In this document: one piece after another, positions 56,426 through 64,000 of the stretch | Position numbering within the stretch: the stretch's first letter is position 1 | How the letters are laid out: every line of letters starts with the position of its first letter | Program-made: the position numbers and the translations under genes | The notes under the pieces: model-generated | Seen by the model: only the letters and a program-made list of their open reading frames with translations | The model's database searches: none | What the model was told of the DNA's origin: nothing | Assembly (NCBI RefSeq): GCF_009914755.1 | Contig: NC_060926.1 | Direction: 5' to 3' (one strand) | DNA length: 64,000 nt | Source: the human T2T-CHM13v2.0 reference genome, Homo sapiens

Positions 56426-56735
56426 GGCCTGGCACAATGGCTCACACCTGTAATCTCAGCACTTTGGGAAGCTGAGGTGAGAGGATCGCTTGAGCCCAGG
56501 AGTTCAAGGCCAGCCTGAGCAACATAGGGAGACCCCATCTCTACAAAAAATAAAATTAAAAATTAGCCAAGCATGTTGTCACACCCCTGTGGTCCCAGCT
56601 ACTCAGGAGAATGAGGTGACAGGATCGATTGAGGCATGGGAGGTAAAGGCTGCAGTGAGCCGTAATCATGCCAATACACTCCAGCCTGGGCAACAGAGTG
56701 TGCTGTATCAAAAATAAATAAATAAATAAATAAAT
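56426..56735 (+). mobile_element. Alu (AluJ-like) with (TAAA)n tail
   Basis: gaggatcgcttgagcccaggagttcaaggccagcctg J-type diagnostics. Degenerate TSD aaaagctctcctaatg / aaaagattttctaatg. Confidence 0.93.
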
Positions 56736-57417
56736 AAAAGATTTTCTAATGAAAAACTAACCTTACATTCCTACAATAAACTTTATCATGGTTTGCTATG
56801 TTTTTATTGTGTTTCTGGTTTGATTTAAGCTGAAAGATATTACTTATCAATATTTAATATTGAGAGTATTCTGGGGCTTTATTTCATACAATCTCTGTCA
56901 GTTTGGGAGTAAACGGATTACATGAGCTTGGAAAAATGAGTAGGCAATCTTGCTGTAAGCTGCAGAATTGCTTAACTAATAAAGAGAGCAAACGTTTGTT
57001 CAAAGTTTGATATAACTCAGAGGAAAACTATCAAAGCCTAAATTATTATTGAAGAAGCTCTTTGACAGTTACCTCAGCTTTTTGTGTTATTGCTTTTATC
57101 GTGTTTTCTAACTTGAGAAACAGTAGAAATTACCAATATGTTGACATTTTAAATTTATCACGTATCTTTTTAATTTTCAAAAGCTCTTCTGTATCTTTGG
57201 TTATATCCCTTTCCTCCAATTGTATAAAGCTATTTTCTTTTCTCTTATTTGCCCCATTCAGATTACCTAATGGTTTGTTTCTTAAATGTATTCATCAGTT
57301 CTGTTTTATATATTGTTAGATTTTATGATTCATTATTTTATCTTATTACTATTATTAGTTCCTTCCTTCTGCTTCTTATATTGCAAGTTTTTCTGGTTTC
57401 TCGAAATAAAAGATAAT

Positions 57418-57703
57418 TGCCCGGTGTGGTGACTCACACCTATAATCCCAGGACTTTGGGAGGCTGAGGCAGGCTGATCACTTGAGGCCAGGATTTTGAG
57501 ACCAGCCTGGCCAACATGGTGAAACCCCATCTCCAGTAAAAATATAAAAGTTAGCTGGGCATGTTGGTGCGCACCTGTAATCCCACCTACTTGGGAGGCG
57601 AGAATTTCTTGAACCTGGGAGGCGGAGGTTGCAGTGAGCTGAGATCGCACCACTGCACTGTAGCCTGAGCAACAGAGCAAGACTCTGTCTCAAAAAAAAA
57701 AAA
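57418..57703 (+). mobile_element. Alu (AluS/Jb-like)
   Basis: Alu dimer with a short internal deletion in the right arm and an A-tail. Confidence 0.93.
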
Positions 57704-60700
57704 GATTATTCACTATACTTTATTTCTTTCTAAATAATAAAAGCTTTAACAGTATAAATTGTACTTTAAATCTGATATGGTTGTTGAATTTTATACATTT
57801 TGACATGTCCTGTTCTTATTATTGTTAATTTTTTAATAGCTATATTTACTATTTTTGATTTAAGATGATTTAGGAAAAGTGTTTCACAATTTTCACATTT
57901 TTGTTTACCCTTTCCTCAATTTCTAGAGTCATGGAAGTTTTTAAAAATTCAATTTATATAATTTCTATTTTTTAGTTTATTAATTTTTGTTGGTGGACTA
58001 CTACATGATCAAATTTTATTTAGTATCCATGGATGTTAGAAAATATGTACACTTTGATGATTAAAATTTTGTTATAAGAAACATTAATTTTTAAATATTT
58101 TATATTTTTGTTTACTTGATCTATGAAGATAGACATTTTGCATTTTCCACCATGACTGTTTTATTTTAATTTCCAACACATTGCTTTTTAATTTACATCA
58201 TCTTACTTGGCTTATGTGTATTTTCATTATGGAGTGTGCATCTAATCAATATAAAATAATCTTTTTGTCACCTTTAGTGCTTTTGGCTTTATATCCTTTG
58301 TCCAAGATTAGTATTATTAAACTTGAATTTTGTTTGCACTTCCTGATATATCTTTTTCATTCATTTATTTTTTACTTTCGTTGATATTTTGTGTAATTTT
58401 TCAATGATTTGAAAAGTATAATTTCATTTGCATCCTAGTAACAGTTGCAAGTTAATTTTGCTTGCCTCGATAGTGACAAGAATTGAATAAATATCTACTG
58501 ATTCTTCTTGCTGAATTTCTTTTTAAGAAATATTTGCATTGTATTTTAGAAACATATCAACAATAATTATCTAAACTTACTGTAAGATTTACGGATTTCA
58601 TTGAATATATATGAATACACGCACACATTCACACACATACTTCCTTTCCAGTACTTAAGTTTTAATTATATATTTTTAATTCCTCAGTTTGCTAAGTCTT
58701 TTTTTTAGGTAAGATTTTCCTGAAGAATATGTGACTATTAAGACTTATAAGTCACCATTTATATGAGAATTTTTTTGTATTCACCTCCAGGTAAATATTT
58801 CCATTGAATATAAAGCTCTTCCATCTTAACTATCTTTCCCCTTACATTTTCTAAAGACATAGTCAACTTGCATTATTAGAAAGGAGAGATGCCAATTTAA
58901 TATATCTCTTCTATGTGGGTAGCCTGTTTTCTCTTCCTGGCTGCTTATAGAACTTTTCTCTTTATCATACATATTTTTTTAAATATCAACAGAATATTTC
59001 CAGGTGTAGTCCCTTCATTAATTTTGTAAAGTACTTTGTGTAGTACTTGAGCCATTCTATCTGAAGACTTAATACACTTTTTCAGCTTAAAACATTTCTC
59101 TTTTATGCCTTTTGTGATTAACATTTCTTCTGTCCATTCGATTCTTGAATCTATCCAATATCTCTTTATATTCTAAGTATAATTTTTTAATCTTTCTATT
59201 ATTTTTTTGACATCTGAGAGAATGTTTCATTCAGATCCTGTAATTACCAGTCTAAGTTGTTTATTTTGTTTTTGCTTCTGTTTTCACAGTCACCCAGCTT
59301 ACTTTTCACTGCTTCCATTGCATTTTTCAATTGACAATATCTTTCATCCCTATGAATACTTTCCTGTTCCTAAATTTTTCCACATGTGTATGACCTTGCT
59401 GTTGAAGGTATGTCTTCAACATAAATATACACTAGAATGTCTTCAACATAAATATAAATTAGAATTGGTTATATGTGCTCCCTTGTTTTTTATATGACTT
59501 TATTTCAAAGGGGGATATTTTCTCAAATTCCTAAAATTGGTCCTCTTCTTCCCAACTGCTGAGACTTTTTCTGAGTATAGTGACTTAAAAATGGAACCAC
59601 ATGGGCTTTTCAGTACTGGGATTTGGGAAAAGTTCTGCAGCAGATCATGCAAGATCCTTGTTGAAAATGTTAAGAGCTCAGGCTAAGGAAAATGAAAACA
59701 TTTATATGTAGCATAATTTTATCTTAGGCAGAGTAGAGACCCAGCAGTCTTTCCAAGGCAAAGAGGAAGATGAAGCTAAAGGAAGATGGTCAGGTGTAGA
59801 TGCTGGATTATTGTGTTAAGAACTAGTTTCCTTCACTTCCCCGCCATCCCTCATGCTTTTCTTCTTGTGCTCTAGGATCCCGGGGTGGTGGGTCCTTCCC
59901 TTACTCTGACCTCAGCAGCTCCACATCATGCAGAAATTCAAAGTTTCTGGCATCCTTGCCTATTTTTCAGCAGTGAAGAAACATTTTCTCTATTATATCA
60001 GTTAGCTATTTCTACAGTAATTTGGAAAAAGAAGCAAAAGTTAAAATATGCAGACCAAGATCATTATCTTTGACTGGAAATTTCACCTTTCTTCCAAACT
60101 TTGCAAGATTGAAAAACAAAGCATAACAGAACAACTATGAGTCAAAGAATTATTATATCTTATCCAACCCACTGACCTCATTTTACTGCTGAGGAAAATG
60201 ATTCCCAGAGAGACAGAATTCTTTGCTCAAATTCATTCATATACTCACTGGCAACACCATCTTTTTAACTCACAAAATTAAAAAGTTTTAACTCAGTGAT
60301 TTTTCTATTACATTACAAAGCTACCCAGTACATACTGCCTCTGCATGTATTATTTTGTTTCTTATCTGTGTAATAGTCAAATGGAAGCCACCAATATGTG
60401 TATGTACATATATATGCATATGTACATATATATGCGTATGTGTTTATATCTAAATATAATCTTTTATTAAGGGCTTATTATATACCTGTAGCCTAGTATA
60501 CTTTCCTCATCTATAATCAGAGGAAATAGTAGTATCCCCCTAATTTGGTAGTTTTGAGAATTACATTTATTATATGTATTATCAAAGATGGGGATTATCG
60601 AGGTGGAGAAAGCTCATGGCCACTGTCATGTGAAAGTGTAGGAACCTGAATTTGAACTCAAGAAGCGCTATCCCAGTGTTCATATTCTTAATTACTATAC

Positions 60701-61369
60701 TGTAGGATTTCCCATGATTTTACTATTACGTACAGTTTTAAATTTAAAACAAATCTAAGCATACATAATTCACCACCCAAACCCTCTGACATCTTTAAGA
60801 AAACAGTTCCCCGAGGCAGCCTATGCCCGCTATACATTTCATCTTCATGGGCTTTTGGAAACCGGAACTTGGAAATACTCCTCACAAAGAGGTAAAGAGG
60901 TAGCATCAGCATTTCACAGATGGGGGTACGAGGTTAAGTATCTTGCTTATTGCTTAAGGAGGTAGAATGGAAGCCAAGAACACTTGGCTCCAACTGCTGA
61001 GTGAAAACCAAGAGACCACATGTCTCTCTCCTTCTCAGTCATCCTTTGGTTTGGTTGAAAGTGTGGTTTTGCTATTAGTGTCACAGGGGAAAATGACATA
61101 CTCTGAAGACATCACTTGATTCCTGGAGCTGAATGATTACAGGCTGCCATTACCAAGAGACATAGTTCTAAAGGCCTTTTCTAAATTTAAAAGCAACAAG
61201 GAGAAAGAGTCTTAAGATATTTAGTGCTTGAAAGAACTTGGATTCATTTCATTTTGAGGTACTGTTCTTTTAGTTGTGTGAGGGCTTGATGGTGAAATTA
61301 AGACAAATGGTGAGGGAGTGGGGCATTTGTTTATTCTCTTGTCCTGTTGATTGGGAGATATTATGTGGT

Positions 61370-61510
61370 CTGAGTCCATAGGCAAGTGTCTTGCCTCTCT
61401 GTGCCTCAGTTTTCTTATCTATAAAGTGAATGCAATGATGACCCCACTTCACAGAACTGTTGGAAGGGTTAACAATGCAGGCACATAGTAAGTGCTCAAT
61501 TAACCTTAGT
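61370..61510 (+). mobile_element. MIR
   Basis: ggcaagtgtcttgcctctctgtgcctcagttttcttatctataaagtg..ggcacatagtaagtgctcaat. Confidence 0.75.
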
Positions 61511-62264
61511 TGTTGTTACTATTGTGGTTGTTGTTAGGGGTTTTTATAAACAGCTAAGGAATGGCCCCAAATCCTCCTGGACAAATCCCACCTCAAATCA
61601 TCACAGTAGGCCCAACAGTGATTCAAAGGGTGAGTCCCCAGCTCCCCTTGGCCCACATCCTTCTTGAAGTTTTAACATTTGGCCAGCCTATCCCTATATA
61701 GAGGGATGCAGGTAGAAAATATTGCCTCAACATGAGGCCAGATGAAAATTATTGTTTCTTTTGTGTAATAGTTGTAGGGAGACTTCTTCCAGATAAGGGG
61801 ACACAGGCAATGTCTCTACAGAAGGTTTGTTTAAGGGGTCTCCATGTTGGTCACAATGATGGTAAAAAGAAATCACCATGGAGCAATTTAGCAGGTCTGG
61901 GAACAGATTGATTTGTGAGAGTAGTGTAGTCCACTGCTTCTCAATCCCTTCCTCTGGAGTACCCTTGTTAGTAGAAGAAAGTAAAATTGTACCCCCTGAG
62001 GCCTCACGGTATAGTATGAAGTGCCTTGTTAAAAGCAAGAACTTCTTTTAAGTTCTTTTATCTTAAAAATGTGCATGCATGTGTATTCTATTCCATAACA
62101 TAATTCCATTATATGTGATGTTACATAAAAATTCTGTTCTTTCTCAAATTTTGGAGTACAATTTATGCTCCAGAAAAAAAACATTATGTGTCTCCTGTGT
62201 CTTTGTATATAGTACACTGTTACATACCAAGTTTGGGCACCACAGATGTAACAGAGAAAACACA

Positions 62265-62445
62265 GACTTTGGACCAGGACCCATTATGGTTTCCAATTTG
62301 GGCTCCACCACCATGTGCATGTAATTGCACTTCTCTGAGTCTGTTTTCTCATATGTGAAATGAAGATAGTAATGCCCACCATATGGAGTTGTTATGAGAC
62401 TTTCATGAATTAACATATGGAAAGCACCTAACAGAGACCCTAGCA
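62265..62445 (+). mobile_element. MIR
   Basis: cacttctctgagtctgttttctcatatgtgaaatgaagatagtaat..gagttgttatgaga..atggaaagcacctaacag. Confidence 0.7.
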
Positions 62446-63094
62446 CATCACAGATACCACCCTTCACCTGCTACTACTCATGTGGCAAATACAAATTAAG
62501 AATAAAAACTGACAAAGCAGTGCCCAGAAACATTTCTGTTGTCTGGATGGAGACAGCAAGGTAAACTTTAGAAGTAGTCAACAGAACCAAAGAACAGTAG
62601 CATTCTCATATCCAAAGCTAGCTAGCCAAAACCAACATATTTTTTATTGCCCAACAAAAACAATCCCAGTACTGGTCAACATCCACATTTCTACCTCTGA
62701 AGCCACGTGGCTGTCACCTGACTCAGCTCCTTTACCACCAGTGTGGGTGACCTGTTGAGTCTTGTATTTAATGCTGATTCTGATAGCCTCCGAATGCCTC
62801 CTCATGAACTCCAGGTTCAGTCTTTGCTACTCACTTCAATTTTTTAAGTGACTAAATATTTGAGGTATAACAAAAGTATAGAAAAAAAAAAGGTTAATGA
62901 ACACTCATTACCCACCAACCACGCTTGTGGAATAAGAGGTTACAGGCAGCATCTCCTATGTAGACCTACCATTTCTCTTTCCTCACCAGAGATAATTATT
63001 ATCATGAATTAGGGATTTATCATTTCAATGGATATTGCATACTTTTATATGTGCATAAGCTATAATATATATTCATATTAAACTTTTTTTAAAA

Positions 63095-63392
63095 TTTTAT
63101 TTATTTTTGAGAGGGTTTTGCTCTGTTGCCCAGGCTGGAGGGCAGTGTGCGATCTTGGCTCACTACAACTTCCGCCTCCTGGGTTCAAGCAATTCTCATG
63201 CCTCAGCCTCCTGAGTAGCTGGGACTACAGGCGAGCAACACCATGCCCAGCTAAATTTTTTTATTTTATTTTAGTAGAGACGGGGTTTCACCATGTTGGC
63301 CAGGCTGGTCTCAAACTCCTGACCTCAAGTGATCTGGCCACCTAGGCCTCCCAAAGTGCTGGGATTATAGGCATGAGCCACCACAACCAGCC
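63095..63392 (-). mobile_element. Alu (AluSx-like)
   Basis: Antisense Alu dimer. Confidence 0.95.
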
Positions 63393-63691
63393 GAAACTTT
63401 ATTTTTTAAATGGTCATATTGTGTGTATTTTTCTTGAACTTGCTTTTTATACTTAATGTCATGTTTTTGAGATTTTTTTTGTGTGTAGATACATATAGCT
63501 GGTTGGCTCATTTTAACTACTGCATACTTTTCTATTTTGTCATATTTTATTGTAATAACATACCACCTGTACTTACCTGCTCTCTTATTCATAGACAATT
63601 TGTTTCTAACTTTTTGTTATTATAAACAAAGAGGAAATGAATGTACTTATACTTGCCTCCTGTTGAGGGTAGGGTGGGCAAAAGCAAGAAT

Positions 63692-64000
63692 TGCTTTATG
63701 CACTTTGCTTTATTGCACTTTGCAGATACTGTGTTTTTTACAAATTGAAGGTTCATGGCAACCATGATTTGAGCAAGTCTGTTGGCACGATTTCTCCAAA
63801 AGCATATGCTCATTATATGTCTGTATGTCACATTTTGGTCATTCTCTCAATATTTCAACCTTCATTATTATTATTATATCTGTTATGGTGATCTGTGATC
63901 AGTCATCTTTGATGTTACTATCTATTGTCCTTGTTTTGGGGTGCCACAAACCACACACATGTAAGACAGCAAACTTAATTGACAAATGTGTGTATTCTTA
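63692..64000 (+). mobile_element. Tigger1 5' portion (runs off the window)
   Basis: gctttattgcactttgcagatactgtgttttttacaaattgaaggtt..ttatggtgatctgtgatcagtcatctttgatgttacta matches the Tigger1 left end as I recall it. Confidence 0.88.

Overview
Primate (almost certainly human) genomic DNA holding the 5' end of ANTXR1 (anthrax toxin receptor 1 / TEM8) on the + strand. It contains a CpG-island promoter (~19350-20300), coding exon 1 (ATG 19909, donor after 20060), exon 2 (46458-46529) and exon 3 (51156-51227). Spliced, these read [51 protein letters not shown]|[24 protein letters not shown]|[24 protein letters not shown]: a signal peptide plus the start of the vWA domain with its MIDAS DxSxS. Exon 4 was not found, so the gene continues beyond the window. 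The rest is ~19.5 kb of upstream DNA plus introns dense with L1, Alu, MaLR/ERVL LTRs, MER/Tigger DNA transposons, MIR/L2 and microsatellites. Almost all ORFs in the supplied track are repeat-derived or chance. I found no evidence of a new multi-gene system. The most notable unexplained structures are a 115-bp, 92%-identical inverted repeat in intron 1 that I cannot assign to a repeat family, a fold-back inversion-duplication of an L1 3' end, an in-frame uORF in the 5' UTR, a decayed 5-bp-periodic G/T-rich tract upstream of the promoter, and an exon 2/3 architecture suited to skipping or back-splicing. Repeat subfamily names come from remembered consensus sequences, not a database search, and boundaries of old repeats are approximate.
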